43,126 nt of DNA from Nitrospirota bacterium (lineage in GTDB: Bacteria; Nitrospinota_A; UBA7883; JAJRTC01). Where the stretch lies: positions 1-43,126 of the forward strand of contig JAJRTC010000202.1 of the NCBI GenBank assembly GCA_024278445.1, read 5' to 3'. Numbering within the stretch: position 1 is the stretch's first letter; each line of letters starts with the position of its first letter. The notes beneath the pieces were generated by a model. It was not told where the DNA came from and searched no databases. It saw only the letters and a list, made by a program, of their open reading frames with translations. Of this stretch, positions 25,338-34,292 are shown piece after piece. A program made the translations under genes and the position numbers.

Positions 25338-26015
25338 TTGATAGCCCGGACCGGAAACAGGTTTTTGGCAAAACGTCAAAAAATGGTGGATGAACTTCTC
25401 GTCCCACTCGGCATAAAAGATAAAAGAACCCTTAAAGTTATGGGGCAAACTCCGCGCCACATGTTTTTAGACTCGGCACTGCACGACAGGGCTTATGAAG
25501 ACTATGCCGCGCCCTTGGGAGACGGCCAGACGGCAAGCAAGCCCAGCACGGTAGCGCTCATGACACAGACGGCAGAACTTAAAGGAAACGAAACGGTGCT
25601 GGAAGTCGGCACCGGCTCCGGTTATCAAACGGCGATATTAAGCCAGTTGGCAGAGAGGGTATACACAATTGAGCGTATAAACTCGTTTTCAAACCGCGCC
25701 AGAAAAACTTTTAACGAGCTTGGGTTAAACAACGTCGTCTGCCTGGTAGGCGACGGTTCCACCGGCGCTAAAAGTTATGCCCCCTTCGACGTGATACTCG
25801 TCACAGCAGGGGCGCCGCAAATACCTGTCCCGCTTGCAAAGCAGTTAAAGGAGGGCGGGCGGATGATCGTCCCCGTCGGCAACGGCGCAGAACAGGAGCT
25901 ATTGCTCGTCGTGAGGGCTGGCGACAGGTTCACCGTTAAAAAGAAAGAGGGTTGTTCCTTTGTCCCGCTCATCGGAAAACATGGCTGGAAAACAAAACCG
26001 TCTAAATATTCGTAA
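25338..26015 (+). CDS. pcm: Protein-L-isoaspartate O-methyltransferase
   Basis: QKMVDELL..GIKD..VMGQTPRHMF and the SAM motif VLEVGTGSGYQTAILS. Confidence 0.9.
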   Translation: MIARTGNRFLAKRQKMVDELLVPLGIKDKRTLKVMGQTPRHMFLDSALHDRAYEDYAAPLGDGQTASKPSTVALMTQTAELKGNETVLEVGTGSGYQTAILSQLAERVYTIERINSFSNRARKTFNELGLNNVVCLVGDGSTGAKSYAPFDVILVTAGAPQIPVPLAKQLKEGGRMIVPVGNGAEQELLLVVRAGDRFTVKKKEGCSFVPLIGKHGWKTKPSKYS

Positions 26016-26043
26016 CAAGAACATGCCCCGGCTACGAACCACT

Positions 26044-28683
26044 TCAATGATTTACGTTATCAAGCGCTCTCCTGATAACCTCGCTTAGCACGCTTTTGGA
26101 GATGGGCTTCATCACAAAATCAACAATACCCATGTCGCGCGCAATCTCCTCGTTTACGGTGTGGCTGTAACCTGTGCATAACACAACAGGAGTGTCGGGG
26201 CTAATGCGTAAAACCTCGCGGGCAAGTTCGATACCGGTCATGGAAGGCATCGTTTGATCCGTTAAGACGATATCGAATGATTCAGGTGCCGATTTAAAAA
26301 GATCAAGCGCGTCACACGGATTGGAAACCGCAACAACGTCGTAGCCCAAGCGGCTCAACGAACGTTCAACCATCATCGCGATGCTCTCCTCATCGTCAAC
26401 ATACAAAACGCGCTCGCTACCGCCTGTAGAAAAGATAAAACCGGCCTCGTCCTCAACAACAGGATGTTTCTGAACGGGAAGATAGATGGTGAAAGTGGTT
26501 CCCTTCCCAAGCTCGCTGGAAACGGTTATCAGGCCGCCATGGTCGCACACTATCCCGTGAACCACCGAAAGCCCCATGCCGGTTCCCTCTCCCACATCTT
26601 TCGTTGTGAAAAAAGGCTCAAAAATACGGTCGGCAGTCTCCTTGTCCATCCCGTGCCCCGTATCGCGTATGGTTAAACGCACATAAAAACCGGGTGCCAC
26701 GCCTTCATGTAGCGATGCAAAATCAGCGTCTGCTTCAAAACCGCCAAGAGTTATCTTCAGCACCCCGCCATTTTTACGCATGGAATGCTCGGCATTCGTA
26801 CAAAGGTTCATGATAACCTGCGTTATCTGGGTACCGTTGGCCATTATGGCTGGAAGGCTGTCGTCTATACTTTCACGGATAGATATGGTGGAAGGGATTA
26901 TGGGGCGGAGCATAGCAAGCGTATCCCTTACCACCGTTTGCAAATACACCTGGTTTACGGCTTGCTCCCCGTCTCTACTGAACGTTAATATCTCCGCCAC
27001 GAGATCTTTGGCGCGGGCTCCGGCCTTCAGGGCGGCATCAAGGTTTTCTTTAGCTTCGCTACCTTCTTTCAGGTCATCGTTAGCAAGCTCGGTATAACCT
27101 ATAATGCCTGTGAGGATATTGTTAAAATCGTGCGCTATACCACCTGCGAGAGTGCCTATCGCCTCCATTTTTTGCGAGGCCCGAAGTTTACTTTCAAGCT
27201 TTCGGTCACGGGTCACGTCGCGCTGGAGGCTTACATAGTTAACTATCGCCCCGTCTTGTCCGCGAACCGGGGATATTACGCAATCAGAGTCAAAAAAGGT
27301 GCCGTTCTTTTTTTTGTTAACAAAACGTCCTTTCCAGATGTCACCTGCATATATGGTGTTCCACATCGTTCTGTAAAAGGTTTCGTCCTGTTTCCCGCTC
27401 GACAGGATATCAGGTTTTTTGCCAAGTATTTCTTCCCGGCTATAGCCTGTTACACCCTCGAAAGCCAGGTTGACATACTGGATCGTCCCGTCCTTATCCG
27501 TCATCACAACCATCTCGTCGGCCTGCTCAACAGCCGCCGCAAGACACGCGTTATCTGCGCTGGCGGCTTCTAATGACTTGTAAAAAAACGAAAGTTCACC
27601 TTCAACACGGTTTATGGTTATGTAAAAGAGAACAAACAGGAGCGCACCGGTAACAAGGCTTACGGCGCCAACCAGAAGCACGTAGTAAAGAGCTCCGGCG
27701 ATGACTCCCGTTATGTTCCACAATATATAGAGGCTTGCAACACTTCTACCGGACACATCTTCTAACCGCATGATATTTACGTCATACCGGCTGTTCATAT
27801 CATCTTTGTAAAAGAAATTCGCTATGCCTTTTTTTTCGTCTGAAAATATTTTGTCCCGGCCCGATTTCACAATCTTCAACAAGTTGCCAATATCACCAAG
27901 GGATGTACCTGCGATAACAGAATCCAAAAGGCTGTTCCACTTGCCCTTGTGCCCAAACATCCCACTCCCCTCTTCCCAGTCACTTTGCTTAAGGAGGTTT
28001 TTGTCTATCGTCAGGATAAAATCGACATCAAGCGTGTTCTTTATGTTTTCAAGAATGTGCCCGATCTCCTCCCCAAGCTCCAGGTAGCCTATCAACTTGC
28101 CGTCCACAATCCAGGGTGAGACTACACGGAGGGTTAAATGCCCGAATTTGCCAAGCTCTATCCCGTAAAACAGGTTTTGCGTTTTTTCAGCTTTTAAAGC
28201 TACATAACGATTTATAAGATCACCATAAAACGCAGGGTTGTGCACACGCAAAAAATTCACCCTGTTTGGGGTCTGAAAATAAAAATGTGTAACCTTTTGA
28301 TTTTTACTTAGTTCCTGATAAACAGGATTTGCGGAGGCAAGCAAGGCGCCACGGTCGCCTTTAACCATCAGGGCGGCCAGCTCCCTGTTTTCAGATATAA
28401 AACCTATGGATACGGCCAGGGCGGCGGCGTCTGAATTTATCTGCACCCTGAAAAGCTCAAGGGCAGACTCTGCCAGCCGTTCAGACGCTTCATCGATATC
28501 GCGCAGTTCATGCTGGTATGTGTTAAAAATAAAAACCCCAAGAAAAACTATCAGGGCAAAAGTGAAAGAAACCAGCAAACGGGCCTTGAAATTTATATTA
28601 CCCAAATCATGGTTCCCCCCCACCGAGTTGAGTTTACAGCGAGTTTTCGCAAAAACTAAAACCTTACAACCTCTTGGATTCAT
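26044..28683 (-). CDS. Hybrid sensor histidine kinase / response regulator (periplasmic sensor, PAS, HisKA, HATPase_c, REC)
   Basis: Two TM segments flank a ~300-aa extracytoplasmic domain. Other elements are PAS (MVVMTDKDGTIQYVN), the H-box GGIAHDFNN, G-boxes DTGHGM/GTGMGL, and a C-terminal REC (YVDDEE...DQTMPSMTG). Confidence 0.9.
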   Translation of the reverse strand: MNPRGCKVLVFAKTRCKLNSVGGNHDLGNINFKARLLVSFTFALIVFLGVFIFNTYQHELRDIDEASERLAESALELFRVQINSDAAALAVSIGFISENRELAALMVKGDRGALLASANPVYQELSKNQKVTHFYFQTPNRVNFLRVHNPAFYGDLINRYVALKAEKTQNLFYGIELGKFGHLTLRVVSPWIVDGKLIGYLELGEEIGHILENIKNTLDVDFILTIDKNLLKQSDWEEGSGMFGHKGKWNSLLDSVIAGTSLGDIGNLLKIVKSGRDKIFSDEKKGIANFFYKDDMNSRYDVNIMRLEDVSGRSVASLYILWNITGVIAGALYYVLLVGAVSLVTGALLFVLFYITINRVEGELSFFYKSLEAASADNACLAAAVEQADEMVVMTDKDGTIQYVNLAFEGVTGYSREEILGKKPDILSSGKQDETFYRTMWNTIYAGDIWKGRFVNKKKNGTFFDSDCVISPVRGQDGAIVNYVSLQRDVTRDRKLESKLRASQKMEAIGTLAGGIAHDFNNILTGIIGYTELANDDLKEGSEAKENLDAALKAGARAKDLVAEILTFSRDGEQAVNQVYLQTVVRDTLAMLRPIIPSTISIRESIDDSLPAIMANGTQITQVIMNLCTNAEHSMRKNGGVLKITLGGFEADADFASLHEGVAPGFYVRLTIRDTGHGMDKETADRIFEPFFTTKDVGEGTGMGLSVVHGIVCDHGGLITVSSELGKGTTFTIYLPVQKHPVVEDEAGFIFSTGGSERVLYVDDEESIAMMVERSLSRLGYDVVAVSNPCDALDLFKSAPESFDIVLTDQTMPSMTGIELAREVLRISPDTPVVLCTGYSHTVNEEIARDMGIVDFVMKPISKSVLSEVIRRALDNVNH

Positions 28684-28722
28684 TATAAATTAATTTGACA
28701 AGACAAACAACGCCACAGTTTG

Positions 28723-28775
28723 GTAGTGGGTCAGTTTGGTCGATCTGAACCAAAAGCGAAGAATATCGAATTACA
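28723..28775. repeat. Half copy of the inverted-repeat family, with terminal motif
   Basis: GTAGTGGGTCAGTTTG + GTCGATCTGAACCAAAAGCGAAGAATATCGAATTACA. Confidence 0.7.
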
Positions 28776-28806
28776 AATTATCGTTGCCGGAATCAAACGT
28801 GTGTTG

Positions 28807-29829
28807 CTAATTTATCATCACCCGTTTATAGGTTTTCCACTCCTCCAACGCTATCCCAACGCCACGCACGACAGAAGTTAAAGGATGTTTGGCACGATAT
28901 ACCGGAGTTTTCAGTTCCACCTTCAAACGAGCCCCCAGACCTTTTATAAGGGCTCCTCCCCCGGCTAAAACTATGCCACGGGTAAGGATATCGGAAGCAA
29001 ACTCCGGCGTGGTATTTTCCATCGCCTTCTGGACGGCGGCGCAGATAGCATTTACGGGTTCATCAATCGCCTGGCGCACGTCCTCGTCGGTTAAGGTGAT
29101 TGTTTTAGGCATTCCCTTCGTCAGGTCACGTCCGCGAGCTGATGTTTCTATTCTTTTTTTCAGGGGATAAGCGGTTCCTATCTCTTTTTTAATTCGTTCC
29201 GCCTCGAAAATACCTATTTCCAGATTATATTTCTGACGTATAAAACGAGCCATGGCCTCATCCATCTCGTCGCCGGCCACACGGATAGACTCAGTGTAGG
29301 CCGTAGCGTAGATGGAGATAATCGCAACTTCGGTGGTGCCACCGCCGATATCAACGATAAGGTTGCCGCAAGACTCACCAACCGGCATTCGCGTTCCTAT
29401 AGCGGCGGCCATAGGCTCTTCAATAAGATGCACCTGCCGCACGCCAGACGCCATGGCAGAGTCTATTACCGCTTTTTTTTCTACCTGCGTTATACCGGAC
29501 GGGACGCCTATGATGATCTTGGGTTTGCGTGAGAAAAATGACGGCCTCACCGACTTTATGAAATAAGCGATCATCTTCCGTGTCGAGTCAAAGTCGGCTA
29601 TCACGCCATCTTTCATAGGACGTATAACCTCAAATTCGTCCGGCGTTTTGCCATACATGGCCTTAGCCTTCGCACCGATGGCTACGAGTTGGCCCGTATT
29701 ACGGGATAAAACGACCATCGAAGGCTCATCTATCACAACACCCCTCCCGCGTACATGAACAAGGGTATTCGCGGTGCCAAGATCCATAGCAAGATCTGCT
29801 GAAAAAAATTGGGTTAAAAAATCCAACAA
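28807..29829 (-). CDS. mreB: Rod shape-determining protein MreB
   Basis: DLAMDLGTANTLV, IVDIGGGTTEVA and GIVLAGGGALIKGL. Confidence 0.95.
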   Translation of the reverse strand: MLDFLTQFFSADLAMDLGTANTLVHVRGRGVVIDEPSMVVLSRNTGQLVAIGAKAKAMYGKTPDEFEVIRPMKDGVIADFDSTRKMIAYFIKSVRPSFFSRKPKIIIGVPSGITQVEKKAVIDSAMASGVRQVHLIEEPMAAAIGTRMPVGESCGNLIVDIGGGTTEVAIISIYATAYTESIRVAGDEMDEAMARFIRQKYNLEIGIFEAERIKKEIGTAYPLKKRIETSARGRDLTKGMPKTITLTDEDVRQAIDEPVNAICAAVQKAMENTTPEFASDILTRGIVLAGGGALIKGLGARLKVELKTPVYRAKHPLTSVVRGVGIALEEWKTYKRVMIN

Positions 29830-29834
29830 GATAA

Positions 29835-31361
29835 TTATATCTCCTGCTCTTTAACAGATCGAAGATGAACAGGGCGGTCCGTCTCCGGTTCGCCATGAAG
29901 TGAAATACGGGCTCCGCTAGCTCGTCTTGCGCGTTCCGCCGCCTCTTGAGCTTTTAAAATAAGCTCCTTAAGTTTGAGGCCGTCAGCCGGATATAAAGCG
30001 GCCCCGACAGCCGTTGAAACATGGATGTCATAACCACCGTAGAAAAACGGAGCGCCGTCAACCGCCTCCACGATAGACTTTATTTTTGGAACGACCTCAT
30101 CGCGCGAGGCGTTTTCAAGCAAGATAATGAACTTGCCGTAATAACGGCTTACCACGCCATCAACGCCAACGGCTTCTGCTATCCGCTCCGCCGTTTCTCT
30201 TAGCACGTTCTCCCCGTCTTCAAAGCCCAACCTTATGTTTATCTGCGTAAAGCCTACTATATTCAGCATAAGAACAGCCCCTGCACCTTTCAGGAAGGGC
30301 CTGTTATCCAAAAGGCTTTGATGGGAAATCATTCCGGTGACAGGGTCCGTTTGCGCTTCAATCTGTTTTTTTCTGCTAAACCGTAAACCTTCAAACGCAG
30401 ACGAAAGGGAAGATGCGAGGATAGCCAGGGACTTCAGGTCGACATTGCGAAATGCCTTTGCGTTGGCTGATACAAGGCCGATAGCACCGATAGCATTTTG
30501 CATGGCCATTACCGGCGCTCCGATAAAAGAGCGCCATTTACCAGAAGAACCAGGGTAAACCTCCACGCCCTTTAAATCGGGTATGCGTATCGGCCTGCCC
30601 TGCCCTATAACCCATCCTAAACGGTAGTGAGTAAGGGGTAGAACGGGTTCCGGCCCAACTCCAAAATCGGTAGAAGCCACACGCACCATGCAAAACCCGT
30701 CGTCGTCAAGCGAACGAACCGCCAGCAGAAGCTGGTCGTGACGTATATGCGCCCCCATATTCATTTTAAGGGTATGCGCAAGCCCGGCAAATTTTTCACA
30801 CACAGAAACTTTATCAATTATGTCGGATAACGCCTCAAACGCAACAGCCTCGGAATCAAGTTTTATCCTGTGTCTGCCATGAACTATGGCACTTGAGATA
30901 GCGCAGGTAAAATCACTCAAAAGCTTCACAATTTTATTCGTAAAAATATAGTGTTGCTTGCTGTCTATGGAAAGAACGCCTATAACCCGGTCTCCATCGA
31001 AAACCGGTGCGGCGGCGAAAGATTTTATTTCCTCGTCCTTTGAATAAAACCAGAGGGTTTTGGTATCGCGATCATAGTTGGTGGCATGGGTGGCTCTGCC
31101 GTTTTTCGCAACCCAGCCCACCAAACCACGCCCGACAGGTATTGAAGCGTTTTTTATGACGTTGTTTGAGAGGGACTGAAACGCAGAGAGCCTCAAGATG
31201 TCTTCGTCCTGGTCGTCAACCAGAAAAAGTGCGACGGTAAAGGCGTCGGTTACGTTGCCTACCAGCCGCACAAGGTTTTTGAGTTCGCAGTCAAGAGCTT
31301 GCGGCATACCCCAAAAACCCCGTTCCCCTCGATAAATATTAGCTTTAGATAAATCGCACAC
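29835..31361 (-). CDS. GAF-GAF signalling protein with a degenerate GGDEF domain
   Basis: Two GAF-like regions, then DPVTGM... with RYYGKF (30129-30146) in place of R-GGDEF. The start is uncertain (GTG 31361 or ATG 31307). Confidence 0.65.
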   Translation of the reverse strand: MCDLSKANIYRGERGFWGMPQALDCELKNLVRLVGNVTDAFTVALFLVDDQDEDILRLSAFQSLSNNVIKNASIPVGRGLVGWVAKNGRATHATNYDRDTKTLWFYSKDEEIKSFAAAPVFDGDRVIGVLSIDSKQHYIFTNKIVKLLSDFTCAISSAIVHGRHRIKLDSEAVAFEALSDIIDKVSVCEKFAGLAHTLKMNMGAHIRHDQLLLAVRSLDDDGFCMVRVASTDFGVGPEPVLPLTHYRLGWVIGQGRPIRIPDLKGVEVYPGSSGKWRSFIGAPVMAMQNAIGAIGLVSANAKAFRNVDLKSLAILASSLSSAFEGLRFSRKKQIEAQTDPVTGMISHQSLLDNRPFLKGAGAVLMLNIVGFTQINIRLGFEDGENVLRETAERIAEAVGVDGVVSRYYGKFIILLENASRDEVVPKIKSIVEAVDGAPFFYGGYDIHVSTAVGAALYPADGLKLKELILKAQEAAERARRASGARISLHGEPETDRPVHLRSVKEQEI

Positions 31362-31515
31362 AGTATAAACCGTTACTGCCCGCCCTTAAAGGATAAAGCA
31401 CCTTTAAAAACCGAATTAATTTGACCGTTTTTATAGTGTGCGCATAAAATGACTTAACTCCCTCGTTAATAACTTCCTGACTGGCATAGAAGAACCTTGG
31501 GGTAAACTTTACAAA

Positions 31516-32522
31516 ATGATCGCAACCAAAAAACTTCATGACGCCCTCTACTGGAAAAAGGTAACGGGCACTGAAAAAATTCAATGCGTCCTTTGCCCTT
31601 TTAACTGCATTCTCGTAGAAGGCAAGGTCGGCATATGTCACGGCAAACAAAACACAGGCGGAAAACTTTACGCCACGAATTATGGCAAAACGACCGCGCT
31701 GGCCTGCGACCCGATCGAAAAAAAACCGTTATATAACTTTTACCCGGGCACACGCATTCTCTCAGCCGGGCCTAACGGCTGTAACTTAAGGTGTCACTTC
31801 TGTCAAAATTGGCAGATATCACAAGAAACCGCCCGCACCATAAATGTGACGCCTGACGACATGGTTTCAAGCGCACTGCGTGAAGGGGCCGTTGGCATAG
31901 CCTACACATACACCGAACCGTTGATCTGGTTTGAGTTCGTTCTCGACACGGCAAAAGCCGCAAAAGCTGTGGGCCTTAAAAACGTTCTGGTCACAAACGG
32001 CCTTATAAACGAGGAGCCGCTAAAAGAGCTTTTGCCTTTCATCGACGCTATGAACATCGATATAAAATCGATGGACGACGGGTTTTACAAAAAATCTGTA
32101 AGGGGACTATAAACCCCGTGTTGAAAACGGTAAAAACGTCGGCAAAAAAAACTCATGTCGAAGTGACGAACCTCGTTATCCCCGGATTAAACGATACAGA
32201 CGAAATGTTTGAAAAACTAACTGACTTTCTGGCAGATATAAATCCGCTGATACCGCTTCACTTTTCAAGATATCATCCGAATTTCAGGATCTCAAACCCG
32301 GTGACACAAGAGAAGACCCTTTATCGTGCGGCCCAAATTGCAAGGCGTAAGCTAAAACATGTATATATCGGCAACATTCCCTCAGACACGCATAACCAGA
32401 CGACATGCCCCACATGTGGAAAACTGGTGGTTGAACGGGCAGGATACACTCTACTGAAAATGTCTGTTACCAACGGGTTGTGTAATTTCTGCGGCTCTGA
32501 AACCGGTGTGGTAACAAGCTGA
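31516..32522 (+). pseudogene. AmmeMemoRadiSam system radical SAM enzyme, interrupted by a -1 frameshift in an A6 run
   Basis: The N-part has CVLCPFNC, DPIEKKPLYNFYPG and GCNLRCHFCQNW. The frame breaks at A-run 32089-32094 (FYKKSVRGL*). With one extra A it would read FYKKICKGTINPVLKTVKT..., continuing into ORF 32118..32522 (NLVIPGLNDTDE, FSRYHP). Confidence 0.75.
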
Positions 32523-32641
32523 CAACGAAGCAAGTTACCCACTTTACCCCATAAGAATCAGAAACTTTACAAAACCGCTCGTAACCTTATCTTACTTCTC
32601 TTGCAACATCGTCACCTGCATAATCAGCGCATACATGACAT

Positions 32642-32670
32642 TTGTCCGATGTGGACAATTATGCTATAAT
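32642..32670 (+). promoter_or_regulatory. Sigma70-type promoter with extended -10 (TTGTCC - 17 nt - TGcTATAAT) upstream of the first haem-porin gene
   Basis: TTGTCC at 32642-32647, TG at 32662-32663, and TATAAT at 32665-32670. It lies ~185 nt upstream of ATG 32854. Confidence 0.5.
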
Positions 32671-32853
32671 TGAGACGATTTATACGGTCAGTATATGAAA
32701 ATTGCATTCTACTTTAGTGACTGTCTATGTAAGTAGACGTAATTATCATAGTTCGAGGGGTTTATTTGGTCAGTAAACAGCCTTTTTGACTTCACAGGAG
32801 ATTTCCAGGAGCCAAAGCGATACCTACCTTAAGCGAAAGAGGAGCCAAACAAC

Positions 32854-34092
32854 ATGAGAAAACAGGTTAACCTACTACTGGCGTTTGTTATAGCCATCGC
32901 CAGCATATTGCTAATGACACCCGCCACGAGCTCTGCCATGCCAAGTTTCGCACGGCAGACAGGCCAACCATGCATGACGTGCCATTTCCAACACATACCG
33001 AAGCTCAACGCTTTCGGACGCAATTTCAAACTCAACGGCTTTACCGACGCATCAGTAGATTTAATCGAGGACGACAACCTGTCTTTGCCGGGCCCGATGA
33101 TTCCCTTGTCTTTCATAACCAAAATACGCTATGTAAAAACCGAGGCCAGAAACAGTTCTGGCGTAAAATCCGGCACGGAGCGGGGTGAATGGCAGATACC
33201 GGACGAAGCCGCATTCATGCTCTCCGGTCGCGCAGGTGAACATGCTGGCTATGGATTTGAGATCGCCGATGGCAAAGTAGGCAACGCCAAGCTCGTGTTC
33301 CCGGTCTATAAAGGCGATATAACTGCTGGTTTTACCCTCCACACAACGGAAGGTCACGGGCCTGCAACCGCTATGGAACTTTTCAACACAGGTATACTTC
33401 CCTCCCAGCGTGGTTTTGAGTCGCGCAGAGAGGCGTTTGCCGCGCAAAAAGTTCTCTGGAGCGGATGGGGCGGTAAATCAACCGGCGCAGGTGTCTATGC
33501 CGGTTCAGACATGTTCATGGTCTACGTCACGGCTTGGGCGCCATACTGGGGTGTTGAAGACAAAATAGACACAGGCTCTGATATGTCCATTTATTATCGT
33601 GCCGCTGTCACGCCAACCGTGGGTGACTGGGACCTGATGTTTGGCGTCGCCGGTGCGAGCGGTGAAACCAAGTGCGTCGAGTGCGAGGGTTCAGGCGCGA
33701 CAGTAGTTACCAGCACCGAGACCGACATGATTATGATCGACGCCCAGGCTCAAGGTGAAATCGGCGGCATGACGCTTGAAGTTAACGCTTCATGGGTTGA
33801 CGCAGGCAATACAACTCCTACCGAAACTAACCGCAGAAACCTGTGGAAAGAGGCCAACGCATGGAGTTTGGCCGCCTCACTCGGAATCACACCCACCATT
33901 GGCCTAAAGGCGGGTTACGTCGATTACACAGACAAGAGCGCCGCGTCCGATGTGGATACTACCTCCGTGGTTCTTGGAGGATGGTATGCCATTGCCCAGA
34001 ACATTTACATCATACCGGAATATTCCTGGTATAACGATGAAGGCAGAGAGAACGACAACCAACTTACCCTGATGCTGTTCATGGGCTTCTAA
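32854..34092 (+). CDS. cyc2: Cyc2-like fused monohaem cytochrome c - outer-membrane porin
   Basis: AGGAG SD. A signal peptide ending SSA, then MPSFARQTGQPCMTCHF (CXXCH at 32971-32985). The rest shows alternating amphipathic beta-strand patterns, with C-terminal ..LMLFMGF (terminal Phe). Confidence 0.7.
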   Translation: MRKQVNLLLAFVIAIASILLMTPATSSAMPSFARQTGQPCMTCHFQHIPKLNAFGRNFKLNGFTDASVDLIEDDNLSLPGPMIPLSFITKIRYVKTEARNSSGVKSGTERGEWQIPDEAAFMLSGRAGEHAGYGFEIADGKVGNAKLVFPVYKGDITAGFTLHTTEGHGPATAMELFNTGILPSQRGFESRREAFAAQKVLWSGWGGKSTGAGVYAGSDMFMVYVTAWAPYWGVEDKIDTGSDMSIYYRAAVTPTVGDWDLMFGVAGASGETKCVECEGSGATVVTSTETDMIMIDAQAQGEIGGMTLEVNASWVDAGNTTPTETNRRNLWKEANAWSLAASLGITPTIGLKAGYVDYTDKSAASDVDTTSVVLGGWYAIAQNIYIIPEYSWYNDEGRENDNQLTLMLFMGF

Positions 34093-34113
34093 AGCTGCTT
34101 TTTGAACACTTCA

Positions 34114-34143
34114 CCCCCGCCTTTTAAAGGGCGGGGGTTTTTT
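34114..34143 (+). terminator. Rho-independent terminator
   Basis: CCCCCGCC - 8-nt loop - GGCGGGGG, followed by TTTTTT. Confidence 0.85.
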
Positions 34144-34240
34144 ACGATATTGGCTGGGCATAAAGCCTGCAAAGCCGAAGTCACCAGCCAGAACACCTTT
34201 ATTTTTCAAATTGTTAAACATATACCTATTGCAATTTAGG

Positions 34241-34269
34241 TTGACTTTTCAAAAGAGTTGCTGTAAGTT
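34241..34269 (+). promoter_or_regulatory. Candidate sigma70 promoter (TTGACT - 17 nt - TAAGTT) for the second haem-porin gene
   Basis: Based on hexamers and spacing only. Confidence 0.35.
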
Positions 34270-34292
34270 AGCCTCTAAAATAGAGGAGTGGA

